A DNA stretch of 64,000 bases from Octopus vulgaris (lineage: Eukaryota), in the NCBI GenBank assembly GCA_951406725.2, contig OX597818.1, positions 130,324,001 to 130,388,000 of the forward strand, read 5' to 3'. Positions within the stretch are counted from its first letter, which is position 1. Every line of letters starts with the position of its first letter. Shown piece by piece: positions 12,335-26,483 of this stretch. The position numbers were made by a program, and so were the translations under genes. The notes under the pieces were generated by a model. The model did not search any database, was not told the DNA's origin, and saw only the letters and a list, made by a program, of their open reading frames with translations.

Positions 12335-13634
12335 TTAATTGGTATTGATTTTATAGGCCGTGGCTAAGTTGATCTTGGTGAGATTTGAACTGCAAAATAT
12401 TTTGTTAGGTGCTCTACTAAGTCTACCAGCATTAACTAAAATCAACAACAACAACAACAACAACTAAGTTCACAGAGGTATGAAGTCTGTTTTACAGATG
12501 CATGAAGCTCGAAACTTTTATTGGTGGGGCAGATATGATATTTTGACATTCATGTCATTCTCAGTGCTAGACAAGTACTTATCTCTCCCTTGATGTGAAG
12601 TAGTGTTTGGTGTATCATGTAAAGAGAAATACCTTTGTGAACTAGTCAGCATGTATCATCAGTCATGGTCATGAGCACTGGTCTCCAACCTATGGAGCTC
12701 TCTCTTATGGCTCACAAAAATTGGTAGTGCACACCAATGGCCATACTATGGTAAGTGACTTCAGCTAGTGTACAAAAACTAAGTGAGTCATCAGCAATTT
12801 TGAAAGGCTTGCTGTACAAGGGACATCATCCCTTAAGTGAAATGGCAGATGAGGCCAATATGGTCAATGGTTTAAAAGGGCTAACAACAAGATGTATGCT
12901 ACATCTATGGAACTCCCTTGACAAAATACAGACTTGTAACCATCCTGCATGGAATGGATCTAGACCCCCCACCTTGATCATAATTGCACTAACAAAAAAT
13001 CATAGGTCTTAGAATAAAGATCTTTGATATTCAACCTGCTGAGAGCAGATGACACCTAAGAATAGCATAGCTATGAAGTCAGAACACAAGTAAATATTTT
13101 CAACTACAGCCAAAAAGTATCCAAAAGCAACTTTTCTGCCTTATTCAGAGTATATCTCGGACTATGTCTAATATATGTCCTCCCTTTTTCAATGCAGCAG
13201 GCTGTGGTTCGAGGGAGATTCAGCTGCTATTTTGAGCAGCTTAAGTAAGCATATACAAGCCCTCTTGTAGGTTTTTTTCCAGTGCTCTGCATTCACTGCT
13301 TTGAGACTTACACAAATAAATAATAGTTTGTTTAGCAAAGAACAACATGGTAAATAAGTAAAGCCGTCAATCGAACAAATTTCATGGTCATTGACATAAA
13401 ACATGGTCATTGACATAAACCACATTTAAAACATTTACTGGTCATCATTGGATATTACTACAGTAAGTTTCTATTGATACCAATTTGTTAATATTTCTCA
13501 AATAATTAAAGGCTGTCTTTAGCTTATTCAAAAGAACTGTTTGTACAACTGTTACTAGTACTACTAATTCTCGTCAATGAGCAATATTAGTAATGTTATT
13601 TTGCTAAGATTTCTCATGCAATTAGGATGTGCTT

Positions 13635-13771
13635 TCAGATTCCTCCCCACTGCATTACTCCTTGGGCAAGTGCCTTCTACTATAACTCCTGGCCAACCAA
13701 TGCTTTGTGAATGAATTTGGTAGATGGAAACTATATGGCAGCCTGTCATGTGTACATGTGTGTGTGTGTGT

Positions 13772-13803
<32 letters not shown>

Positions 13804-14010
13804 CTTTATGTTTGTTTATCCCCCACCACGACCACTTGACAACTGGTCTTGGTTTGTCTGTCCTAGTAACTTAGTGGTTCAACAAAAAGACATGAATGGA
13901 ATATGTACTAAACTTTACAAATATCGGAACTGGAGTCAATTTGTTTGACTAATCCCTTCTAGGTGATGCCTTGGTATGATCACAGTCCAATGACTGAAAC
14001 AAATAAAAAC
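13635..14010 (+). mobile_element. SINE family A, old copy
   Basis: ccttgggcaagtg...tgactgaaacaa homology. Confidence 0.7.
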
Positions 14011-14068
14011 CAATAGATATATAATAAACCAGAATATGCTGGTCAGTTTTATTCTTGATAAAGGCTTT

Positions 14069-14301
14069 ACTATTTCTCTATTGCCCACAAGGGGCTAGAC
14101 ATAAAGGGGACAAAAAGGACAGACTAAGGGATTAAATTGATTACATCGACCCCAGTGCGTAACTGGTACTTAATTTATCGACCCCGAGAGGATGAAAGGC
14201 AAAGTCGACCTAGGCGGAATTTGAACTTAGAACGTAACGGCAGACGAAATACCACTAAGCATTTCGCCCGGAATGCTAATGTTTCTGCCAGCTCACCGCC
14301 T
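14069..14301 (-). mobile_element. SINE family B (Meta-domain-like) with 17-bp TSD
   Basis: Head ggcggtgagctggcagaaacatt, core gactttgcctttcatcctctcggggtcgataaattaagtaccag; TSD ttcttgataaaggcttt at 14052-14068 and 14302-14318. Confidence 0.85.
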
Positions 14302-14459
14302 TTCTTGATAAAGGCTTTGCACCTAAATCAAATATATATTCTTAAGTAAATGCTGTTGTAGATGATAAAGTGGTGATGGTAGTGATAATAGTATTCAGTT
14401 GCCTTATTAAATCTGGAATTTGCTTGAGTAACAAACCCACCCACTTGTCCACCCGTTCA

Positions 14460-14794
14460 TCTGTCTATCTATCTTTCTATCTATCAATTATCTATTTATC
14501 TATCTTTCTATCTATCTACCTATCTATCAATTCTACCTATCTATCAATTATCTACCTACCTATCTATCTATCTATCTATCAATTATCTACCTACCTATCT
14601 ATCTATCTATCAATTACCTACCTACCTATCTCTCTATCTATCAATTATCTACCTACCTATCTATCAATTATCTACCTACCTATCTATCTATCTATATATC
14701 TATCTATCTACCTATCTATCAATTATCTACTTACCTATCTACCTACCTACCTACCTACCTACCTACCTACCTACCAACCTACCTACCTATCTAC

Positions 14795-14853
<59 letters not shown>

Positions 14854-14857
14854 CCTA
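14460..14857. repeat. Complex (CTAT)n/(CTAC)n microsatellite
   Basis: Directly visible. Confidence 0.95.
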
Positions 14858-15807
14858 TTTCTCCATCGGTTTGTTTTGCTATCCAACTATCAATTTCTGT
14901 GGTTTGTTATGCCAATCCATTTCATAGCAAAATATGTGTAGAGTCTATATATTTTGTTTTTAAAATATATGCATGTGTGCACATGAAAGTTTCACAATAA
15001 CAGGAATAATAAAAGATATGTTTACAGGGAAACAAAACAACTGCAAATGCTGGATGGTAAAATAAAATTTAACAACCTTCTGACTATATTTATTTCAAAT
15101 GCAAGAAAACAAAAAAGAAAAGGGAGAAATAAGCTAGAACAGTAATAACAACAACAAAGAGGTTGGGCATATTGGTACAAAATGCACTTTATCAGCTTCT
15201 TTTAAGGTAAAAAAATAAAATAATGGAGCGAGGGTGGGGAACGGATAAGAGATATAGTACTGGATAATAAGCATTCATGCAGTAGATGTCGTCTTTGAAT
15301 GGAAACGAGAGATGAACAGAAGCCGGTGTGTATGGATGAATACACACAGTAAAATACATTAACAACTACGTCATATATATACATAGATTACATACATATT
15401 GTATACATACACCCAAGCACACCTCCTCCCACACATATATACACATATATAGAATACATGTGTGTGTGTGTGCATAACAATAAAACATTAGACAAATGGA
15501 AACGGAAATGTTTCAGTGTGTTGTGTATGTCCATGTTCATATGCTAATCTATCGAGTCACTTAATGAACACATAAACAATACATATACTAAAGCAACATT
15601 TATATTGGATTTTTAAGTAAAGTTTTTAATATATAAAGGAAGATTTCCTCAACTGTATGTATATATGTATTATAATATACATATATAAATATGTTTGCAA
15701 GATATTTCATTTTTCACTCTTCTCTCTGCCTAATATATTTTTTCTTCAAAACTCATATATACAGTATATACAGTCAAAAGTACATTGTGCCTGTGTATGC
15801 ATAAGTG

Positions 15808-15956
<149 letters not shown>

Positions 15957-17224
15957 TGTATACATACAGACACACTTATAATGCCTATTGTCATGCTTAT
16001 TCTATTGTTAAGATAAATTATATACATAAACAAAAAAGCTTGGTGTTTCGGCAGTTTCTTGGTTCAGCTCAAAAGATGTCACTCAAGTATATATGAATAT
16101 AAACTAGGTTGCAGCCTAGAAATTGTAATTAAGTATTGAAAAGGAGCTTTGTGTTTGGCTAAGGGTTATTGCTATAAGGGGTTTGCAAAGTCAGAACAGG
16201 GTTAATCTGTACATCTGCAAAATCTTTTGTTTCGGATTTATGGATCAAATTCTGAACCGAACTATTTCCACTCCTTTTTCCCTTTTGCACTAAAATAATA
16301 TAAAAGAAAGAAAGAAAGAAAGAAAGATTGGTAGAGCAAACGAGATAAAGAAGGCCAAAAAAAAAAGAAAAAAAGAATAAATAAAAGTGCTCGGGAAGAA
16401 GGTAAAACAAAAAGGCAAAAAAAAAAAAATTTTATGACGGTTTGCTATTGAGATAGATGCAGAGCTCCTAAGTAAACGCAGACGGAGAGAATTGTTGACA
16501 AGCAATTATCCTTTCCTTGGAGCCAATTAATAGGATGCAAGCAACCAGATGAAGAAATCATTTTATTTCATCAAAAAGATATTGAATTTTCAAAGACAGA
16601 TAAAAATCATCAAAAAGCATTGCGACTAAATTCTTTGCATCACACACTTCAGTACCTTTGTTTTACATTCTTAAGAATTATCCACTTATTTATTATGTCT
16701 TTTAGAGAAAAAGGAAACCAAAAGAGAAATAGTCTATATGCATTTTATTTATTTTTCATTTTGGTATGATATACATGTATAGTTTTTTTTTTATATATAT
16801 ATATATATACTGAAACATAACAGCTGAAAAAAATATAGGATAAAAACTTTAAAAAATGGGCAATAACAAAACCAATTTATGTAATACACTTTCTAACCTT
16901 TGTGTTACAAACAGTGAAGATGATGCTATTCAGATATCATCCAATACAAGATAAGCATAGAAAAGCATAAACTACCGAGAACAATTATATCTTATTTGTT
17001 TAGATATATCTATTGCAATCAATTTAGGGTATTAGAATGGAAATATTCGGCTAAGTTTTGTATGGATTCTGTTGCTTTTGTAAGTTATATATATTTATAT
17101 TTAACAGAAGCAACAGAATAACTCATGAGTTGAGAGTTTTGTGCATTTGATAAGTGTCAATACATGAAACTCTCAGCCCTTGAGTCACACTATGGCTTCT
17201 GCTAAATATCTGAAAAAAAAAATA

Positions 17225-17269
<45 letters not shown>

Positions 17270-17455
17270 TACAACAAAAATATTTAATATCTACACACCC
17301 AACACTCACATGCATACACACACACATACATATATATATACATACACACACACATATATATATATATATGCATACACACATACATACACATATATACATA
17401 CACACATACATACATACATATACATATATATATATATATATATATGTACATACAT

Positions 17456-17485
<30 letters not shown>

Positions 17486-17487
<2 letters not shown>

Positions 17488-17700
17488 CGAGAAAGAAGCA
17501 ACAAGAATGGATAGGTTTTTAGTACAATCGTTTCATACAAGGACAGGCTTTATTAAAAGTTGCAAAAACTTTTAATAAAGCCTGTCCTTGTATGAAACGA
17601 TTGTACTAAAAACCTATCCATTCTTGTTGCTTCTTTCTCGATTATAATCACCCCACATTACTGTATTGTTAAATCAGTATAGTTTTTGTTTTGGTGCATC
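17486..17700. mobile_element. Fold-back element with perfect 76-bp arms and hammerhead 3' half
   Basis: 17486-17561 is the exact reverse complement of 17567-17642; each arm contains GAAAC gatt GTA; (TA)n nearby on both sides. Confidence 0.65.
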
Positions 17701-17760
17701 TAAGTTAGGTACCATATTCAAGTAAATTCATTTAAATTAACTTGAATCTTTATTGCTTTT

Positions 17761-17820
<60 letters not shown>

Positions 17821-18150
17821 TACATACATACACACACACACACATACATATACAAATTTTTACAGTGTTTTAACTTTTAAATCACAACAGACCTCACACT
17901 ATGCAATCAGAAACTCTCCCATGTGGTAGGTAAGAGTTTGTTTCAACCAAATCCACAGCTATTATGTATGATTAACTATAAATTTTGGTCAATTAAGATA
18001 TCTGGAAATTAGATCTCTTTAATCGGTACAGAATATACATATTTATCAGGCTTTCTGATAACTCAAAGACACCAAAGAGGTGGATAAATTATAAAAAGAA
18101 AAGCTCAACAGTAAACTCTTTTAAAGTAATTTTGCGGAAAGTGTAACCTC

Positions 18151-18460
18151 TTGAAAGAGCTGTTCTTCACTCCTGCTCCAGAGCGTCAGCTGCGGGGTCA
18201 TTCCGAAAAGCTCTACCTGCGACAATTTCATCTCAATCGAAGGAGAGGAGCTTTCTCCGTCCGGGTTGCGGATCCGTGGAACAAGCTGCCAGACGAGATG
18301 GTGAAGATGCCGACGACTGCTTTGTTCAAAGTCTCCCTTGACCAGAAATGGCCTGAACTCTTTGCATGAACACCACCCTGTACTTAACTCCATGTCCCCC
18401 TACATGGCCTTGCTATTTGCTTTTGAGCCAAAAATTAACTAACTAACTAACTAACTAACT
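18151..18460 (+). mobile_element. CR1-clade LINE 3' end with (TAAC)n tail
   Basis: LRGHSEKL...AFSVRVADPWNKLPDEMV...FKVSLD is the conserved CR1 ORF2 C-terminus, followed by a short UTR and a tetranucleotide tail. Confidence 0.85.
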
Positions 18461-18639
18461 ACAGAAGCCTGAAAGGTTAGCAAATTTATTAGTGACAAAT
18501 TCAGTGTTCAAAAGTATCACAAAATGCAGGTCTTACAGGTCCATAATAAAGCTGATTTATAAATAAGAACCTAATATGGGTAGATATAACAGCTTTAAAT
18601 GTTAAACCTTAAACTTATTAACAAAACCAACAAATATTG

Positions 18640-18910
18640 ATTTAAAATTTTAGCACAAGGCCAGCAATTTCAGGGATAGGAATAAGTCAATTACATCGAC
18701 CCCAGTGCTCAACTGGTACTTATTTTATCATTCAATTGAAAGGAATGAAAGGCAAAGTCAACCTCAGCAGAATTTGAAATCAGAACATAACAAAGGTGGT
18801 GAGCTGGCAGAACTATTAGCATGCCAGGCAATATGCTTAGTTGCATTTCATATGTCCTTATGTTCTGAGTTCAAATTCTGTTGAGGTCAACTTTGCCTTT
18901 CATTCTTTAA
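18640..18910. mobile_element. Two family B SINE pieces in opposite orientation
   Basis: Minus copy at about 18640-18790 followed by a plus copy from about 18793. Confidence 0.7.
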
Positions 18911-19129
18911 ATGGCAGTGCATCAGCATAGCCACAGCTCTGAGCTGAAACTAGAGAAAGAAAAAAAACCCCAGATGAAATGCTGCTAAGCATTTTGCCCA
19001 GCCTCCAGAAAAAACCCACAAATATTATTTTGTGATTTGGAGTGAGCCAACCAAGACACTATAATGTCACTGATACTTAAAATCAAAACAATTGAAAGAT
19101 ACCAGCATGGAAAACAGATGTACATCCAA

Positions 19130-19539
19130 AATAAAGGGGAAGAAATTTTCAAATTTTAAACTAAAGAGTTGGAAAATATAGTTGATCAGGTGCCATATTT
19201 TGTTAATGTCAGATATGAGCAAAACACCCCCCATCCGACCGTCCCATTGGCCTCCCCTTTGAGAAACGCTGATTTAACCTAAATTTGAGACACCAGCAAA
19301 AGAAGAAATAAAGATAGACTTTTTTCTATTCCAAGAAAAACGATTTTACAAATGCACGTTCCCACGGCTTTATCGATCGCATTCTCACCTGGAATCGATT
19401 TTTGTAATATTTTCAAGACTTATACACGCCCTGATACCGTCGGTATCTATATATCAAATTTGAGCGCAATCGGATGGAGGATGCCCAAGATCCTAGAAGA
19501 CACACACACAGACAGACAGAACGGATTTTATATAATAGA
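19130..19539 (-). mobile_element. Helitron-like element, 5' end intact
   Basis: Minus strand starts TCTATTATATAAAATCCGTTCTGTCTGTCTG; CpG-containing body; 3' end not located. Confidence 0.55.
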
Positions 19540-21826
19540 TTTTTAAAATTTGGTGAATGTTGAGTGGCTCATAGCATATTTAGAAGTGAGACTGATGTTG
19601 CACTTCTTTCATATGTAGATGAATATTCGGAAAAGGAGAATTAGAATAGTGATGTTTCAGTATTCAAATTTATTTATCATGACATAATGTTAAAAAAAAA
19701 AAATGAAACTTATAAAAACACCTACAGAGACACATACATATATGTGTGTGTTTCCATGAAGAGTGTTAACTGGTAGGACAGAAGAGGAAATGAAATACAT
19801 GCAGTTCTGCTCTCATACAATTCCAATAGTAGAATAAACAATGCCATAGTTAAAAGAGTGATGATAGGGTGAATGTTGGGAATAAGAGTTGTGAAGAAAG
19901 CTTGACAGGGACATAATGAATGAGTGGGCTTTAATATAAACTGTATGCTCTTTGAATCTCATATTCTGCTGAGATGAATAGGCCTTCTCAAGCACAATAA
20001 ATCACCAATCTTGTCCTCAGTCCTTAGTTGGTTCCTCTATGAGGCTCAAAATCCTTAGATTAGTTTTCTCTACTTCAAGCCATCTCTTCTTAGACCACCA
20101 ACTTCTATATATAATGTGAAATACTATATTTAAAGCAGCGGGTTTTGTTGAATTTTCTGCTGCTTTAAATAAAGCATATTACTCTACCACTGGTATTTGA
20201 GTACTCTTTTTTCCACCTTGTTTCACATTTATGTGTTTACTCCGGTATAATGTGAAATATATAGATAAAAATGTATAGAGATATATAAGTATTATGAATG
20301 ATATAAAAGATACATATATTTTGACATTATTGTGTTTTCTTAGATAAAGCTACTCCAGACTAATGAATCTAACACAAGTTTGTGGCTCTTGCAAACAACT
20401 TCAGCAAACAAATTATTTGCTGTCGAGTGCTGTTACCTGTGAACCAATGGCTGAGGAAATACAGAGATGTCAAAATACCAGGTATCCCAAAGTTCCCTTA
20501 TAACACTAAATCAAGTGTTATGAACACACATTCATCACAAAGAGTTTGCTCTTCAATGGTGTAATACAACAACAATTAGTTTATTCACATTCAAATCTAC
20601 AAGAATCTATTAAGAATGACTATATAAGCCATTGATCAGGTTTTCACTGTTTACCATGCACTTAGTAATTTGTTTTTAGTGGCAGATATCAACAAGCATC
20701 AGTAAATAATTTGTTTGTTGAAGATTATAAACAAGAGGCACAAACTCTTGTTAAATTCATTAGCCTGGGGTAGCTTTGGTTGAGAAGAAACAATGATATC
20801 AAAACACAGGATGTCCCAAAGTCTGCTTACTCTAATGAATTGAAAAGAAAAGTTGTTTTTCCATGACAATATACAACAGCAATTAGCATATTCAAATTCA
20901 AAACCGCTGCAATGTAATAAAAGTGAATATACAAGTTATTATTCTAAAATTCAAAGTATCACAAAAGTTGAGACAGGAGAATATAATAGCTCAGAGGAAA
21001 TATCTTTGTGAATTATCAACAAATAAATGAAGAGATAGGAATTTAGATTTTACTCTTTGAGAAAAATGAGTTCCTACCAAAAATAACACAAAAGTAATTC
21101 AAAATGGGTGAGGGTAAGATTCTGACTAAATGCAAAAGCAGTTGGAAGTTTTCAGAGAGTAGCTATCTTCTGTTTATGAAGAGAATATAATTTTTACACC
21201 TTTGAAACTGAGGAAAGTCAGAAGTCGATGAGAAATAAATAGAATAACATTTTGAACTTATGTGGGTGGCAGTGGTGATGTCTTTGAGTTAATAATTTTT
21301 TCCTTTACACAGCACATTTAAAACACTGTCAATCAAACCATAACTCAATATATTGACATATAGAATATGTTGTCAACTAAAGCCCCACTTCTTGCTATGA
21401 ATGTACACAATGTGCTGTCAATCAAAAGGTCCAATTTTCTATGTGAATGCACAGAATATGGCAGCATTCAGAATTCTACAATGGTTACATTGAGAGAATA
21501 AGAATCACATTGTTTGTTTGACTGATTCATTCTTCATTCCCTTGACCACACAGCAGGACTGTTTAACTGTTAAATTAGTACTGCTAGTCGTCAACAATAT
21601 CTGGCTTATCTTTTTAATATATAAAAATAAACTTTTGTAAAACTTAATATTAATCAATCCATCTGAATCTAGAAAATTCATAGACCAAAATATAAAACAA
21701 AACAAAAAAAATTAATGATCATACAATGAGGAAACACTTCAAAAGAATAACCATCATCATTATCATTATTATTTATCACTTTCCTATGCTGGAATGTGTT
21801 AGGTGGGTCATTACAGATATAAGACA

Positions 21827-21987
21827 TTGTATTTTAAAGTGTATAAGTAACCCGTTTTTTGTCAAAAGTTAGGTTAAAAAACATGGGAGTTTCTTATATG
21901 TGTATAGTATTATAATCCCTTACAAAACCTTTTCCCAGATTTTAAACCTAAAAAATTAGGGGATCCCTTATACACGTTAAAATACAG
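21827..21987. mobile_element. Tc1/mariner-pogo type MITE
   Basis: TIR tgtattttaaagtgtataag / cttatacacgttaaaataca; TA at the right end. Confidence 0.6.
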
Positions 21988-22384
21988 TACTTTCTTTCTA
22001 GAAAAGTTATGGACCACATCTCACTTGTACCCTATATTTTTTGGCATGGTTTTGCAGTTTGATGCTCTTCTTTGTCTAAGAAACTGTACAATGGGATCAA
22101 ACTCAGAACAACATGGTTGCAAAGTGAGCTGATCGACCATACAACCATAACTGATATACTTATTATAGTGCTGCTAAAAGATCACAAATAAATCTACTTT
22201 CACTGCAATTTGTACTTAGATTGTAAAGGGATGCAGCTGAATTGTACAAAGAATTTTGTCTGGCCCTGTGTCAATAATCATATTAATCCTTTTCCCTTGT
22301 TGTAGTGAAAATGGTAATCTCCTTCCCACATGACAAAGTGGTCATAACAGTTTGAGAAAAAATAACATTTTATGAGCAGGTGAG

Positions 22385-22759
22385 TTACTTCAAGCATTGG
22401 ACCTCATGGAGGCAAAGTGGCCAAGCTCCTTTCAAGTGTTGGGCCTCACATAGGCAATGACCAAGACCTTTGGCATTATGTTGTGCTTGAGAAGAAGACC
22501 CAGCAAGCCAAGAAAAAAAATTACAGTTGTGGCAGATACCAGTGTTGCTCAAATGGCTCCCATGCTGGTGGCATGTAAAAGCACCCATTACACTCTCGGA
22601 GTGGTTGGTGTTAGGAAGGGCGTCCAGCTGTAGAAAATAATGCCAAATCAGATTGGAGTCTGGTGCAGCCTTCCAGCATGCCAGCCCAGTCAAACTGTCC
22701 AACCCATGCCAGCATGGACAACAGACGTTAAATGATGATGATGATGATGATGATGATGA
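22385..22759 (+). mobile_element. RTE-associated 3' UTR fragment with (GAT)n tail
   Basis: Reverse-complement homology to 9386-9790; (gat)n at 22733-22758. Confidence 0.8.
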
Positions 22760-23543
22760 GGTAATGAGATTTGAAACAAATGTACTTGTTCAATGCAAAA
22801 TTGGTGGAACCAAAATCTTCCAAATCAAACTACAGTTCAGATAAATCAGCCACATAATGCATGTATAGGAATCAAATACACACAAGCAAATCTTGTATGA
22901 CAAAAAAAAAGAAAAAATACAAGATAGTGACTCTCTAAATATATAGGATCTTACTTCATTCCACAGAAAAAATTAGCAGATAATTGCTAAATCCTTGGAT
23001 TCACTACCTCTAAACTTGGAAGACAGATTTATCCTAAGGACAAACGTATTCTTCTGCTTCATAGCATTTCAGAGGTAAGTGATAAAACAATTGATAGAAT
23101 GTGAGAGACACACTTGAAGCATTCCTAAACAACTCTGACAATACAATGGCAAATGAAAAAAAAAGATAAAATAACATAAAATCCTCCACCAGACAAATAC
23201 TCAGGATCCAGCATCGAATAATAAAGCTATTATGCATCCATACACACAAACAGAACTGTGATCAGAAATTTTAGATGTTGGATTACTGAATACTAAGCCA
23301 GAAATTCACATCTTGCAGCACCCATTCTATTTCATCTCTGAACAAAGCACACTATCTTGCCTTTTGTTAATAATTATTCATTTGATTAAACAAAAATAGA
23401 AAGTGTCTTTAAAAAAATCTATACACACATTTAAGAATACCATATATAAAGAATATCAGCAAATTTAAAAGCTCCATATATTCATAGTCATATGATACTG
23501 ACTTATCACATGTTCGGTCATTATCCAACTTAAATCTATTATA

Positions 23544-23934
23544 GTGGAGGCGCAATGGCCCAGTGGTTAGGGCAGCGGACTCGCGGTCGTAGAATTGCGG
23601 TTTCGATTCCCAGACCGGGCGTTGTGAGTGTTTATTGAACGAAAACACCTAAAGCTTCATGAGGCTCTGGCAGGGGATGGTGGTGATCCCTGCTGTACTC
23701 TTTCACCACAACTTTCTCTCACTCTTACTTCCTGTTTCTTTTGTACCTGTATTTCAAAGGGCCGGCCTTGTCACTCTCTGTGTCACGCTGAATATCCCCG
23801 AGAACTACGTTAAGGGTACACGTGTCTGTGGAGTGCTCAGCCACTTACACGTTAATTTCACGAGCAGGCTGTTCCATTGATCGGATCAACCAGAACCCTC
23901 GTTGTCGTAACCGACGGAGTGCTTCCATCCATCC
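23544..23934 (+). mobile_element. SINE family C, alternative 3' part with (CCAT)n tail
   Basis: Same head as 10891-11201 but a different 3' half; attata duplicated at both ends. Confidence 0.85.
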
Positions 23935-24049
23935 ATTATAGTTTTTGTTGCACAAACCTTGCAGCATTTCACATACCATAAGGCAGCAAACTGACAGAAT
24001 AGTTGCCATGCTTGGCACAATGCTAAGCAGGATTTCATCCATTTTTACA

Positions 24050-24845
24050 TTTTGAGTTTAAATTCCACAGAAGTCGGTTCTAACTTTCATCCTTTCAAGG
24101 TCAATAAAGTAAGTACCAGTTGTGTACTGCGGTCAATGTTATCGACTAATCCCCTCCCCTTAAATATTTCAGGCCTTGTGCTTACAGTGGAAGGGATTAT
24201 CATCATCGTTATTATTACATCAGTCAACTGGCAGAATTGTTAACATGATGGACAAAATGCTTACTCTCTCTCTCTCTCTTTACTCTTTTACTTCTTTCAG
24301 TCATTTGACTGCGGCCATACTGGAGCACCGCCTTTAGTCAAGCAAATCAACACCAGGACTTATTCTTTGTAAGCCTAGTGCTTATTCTATCGGTCTCTTT
24401 TGCCAAACCACTTATTTATGAGGACGTAAACACACCACCATCGGTTGTCAAGTGATGTTGGGGGGACAAACACAAAGACATAAACACACACACACATGCA
24501 TATATACATATATACAATGGGCTTCTTTCAGTTTCTTTCTACCAAATCCACTCACAAGGCTTTGGTCGGCCCGAGGCTATAGTAGAAGACACTTGCCCAA
24601 GGTGCCATGCAGTGGGACTGAACCCTGAACCATGTGGTTGGTAAGCAAGCTACTTACCACACAGCCACTCCTGCTTAGCAACATTTCATCTGTGTTTTTG
24701 GTCTGACTTCAAATTCTGCTGGGGTTAGCTTTGCTTTCATCCTTTCAGGATTGATAAAACAGGTGTTAGTTGAGTACTGGAGCCAATGTAATTGACTTAC
24801 CCAATAATCCCCAAATCGCTGGCCTTGGGCCAAAATTTGAAACCA
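24050..24845 (+). mobile_element. Two family B SINEs, the second interrupted by a family A copy
   Basis: Core motif at about 24055-24190; second copy 24225-24263 resuming at 24674-24845. Confidence 0.7.
24264..24673 (-). mobile_element. SINE family A nested in a family B SINE
   Basis: Splits the family B sequence at aaatgctta|gc; tgctta present at both junctions. Confidence 0.85.
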
Positions 24846-26483
24846 ATTTTTTACATCCCTTCATGTTCAGAGTTCAGATCTGGATAGAGTCAACATTTTG
24901 TTACCGGTCTCTCAGTTTGATAAAAAAAAACTAATGAGGAATATACTGGAGTCAATTAAATTTACTATGCAATACTTCCTTACAAATCTGAGACCATATA
25001 TCAAAGACATAGAATTAAATGAACTGTGTAGAATGCAGCTATACAACCTATGAATATATTCGACATTAACAGCTAAAAGTGATTTTTATCATTTGGGTCA
25101 TTTCAGATGTGATCGTCTGGACCGTGGACACAGCATAACAAAGTTGTCAGGTAGGATATAAACCCTGAAACCATTGGCAGACAAATAACTTGCAGTGTCA
25201 ACCTTAATGTTATAAAGTCTCATGACCAAGTCTTCAGCTCTAAATAAACAACTTTATTATTCTATAAGAATTTGGCTGCAGCTGCTGTGAGGAATACATA
25301 CAAAATATAGAAAACTGTCAAATTACAGAAATTGTTAAAACAATAAAATAAAGACACAGTAGAAAAGAAAGACAGAAACACCAATGCTGGAATATGATTT
25401 TAAATTCAATTTGTTATAATGATAGATTTTACTTTCTCATTAATAAAAGCAGGCAATTACATATGTTTATTTCGCTTGTTCTTTCTTTCTCATATTGTGT
25501 GTGTGTGTGTGTGCATGTGTATATATGTATTGACACTTGTGTATGTTTTATATATATGTGTGTATGTATTACATAGTCCACCTCCATCAATATAACAAAT
25601 TATATCATTATGTAGGTAGACATATTTATATATATAATCATGTATATACTCACACACAGATTATAATAACAACGTGTCCATGCAGAATAAAATGTAACTC
25701 ATTATTGACTGCCAAACTATTTTACCATTCCAATGATAAAAGAAAAATTAAATTACAGCAGCTAATATCAGTGAAAATAATAGCAACTCATACAGAGTGC
25801 TGCTAACCCAACTCTGAATTCCATTTTCTTCACACTAAATATATGGCCCTAAAATGATAACATATTCTAAACTATTTCTTCCAAAATCTTAAATGTGTAA
25901 TCATTATTAGTTCTGGAGTCTTCGAACACCAATTTAATCTTTCTCTTGACATTTAGAAAAGATAAGACTGAAATAAAACAAAGAAGTAAGATGTGGGAGG
26001 GGATACGAAGAAAGAAAGAAAGAAAGAAAGAAAGAGAGTAAATAGAGAATGAATGAATCTGCTATAAGCTGAGTTCTCTAAATCAATGGTTTTATCAATT
26101 CTTATTCACATTATATGAAAAAAAAAAAAAGAAAAAATGATAATAATAATAAAGTATTTTTGTATTAGATTTTTCCTACTTAAATATGTAGTTGATATCA
26201 ATATCAACTTTGCAGCTAAACAGACCAAAATAAGCTGTGCACAAACAGGTTATGGTTTCAACACAGAAACTATGTCAGACATGCAAGGCCACTAGATTTA
26301 ATGTCTAGGATCCTCATTTTTCAAAATTATGAAGCAACTGAAAAATTGAATGACCAATGCTTGGGTTATGACTTCCTATCCATTGCAGTCTGTTAGCGTC
26401 TCAAGACGACACTTATTTTTAAAAAATTCCTTCTCTTTTTTTAAATGATAAATTAGCACCAAGGTTTTCAAAGAAAGTTACAT

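Noticed and set aside
16150-16560. Cluster of homeodomain-like sites (tttatgg, tttatgac, taatct, caattaa)
   Set aside because: Such short words are expected by chance in AT-rich DNA; no conservation data.
23546-23620. tRNA-Arg-like gene
   Set aside because: Continues into a SINE body with tail and TSD; it is a SINE head.
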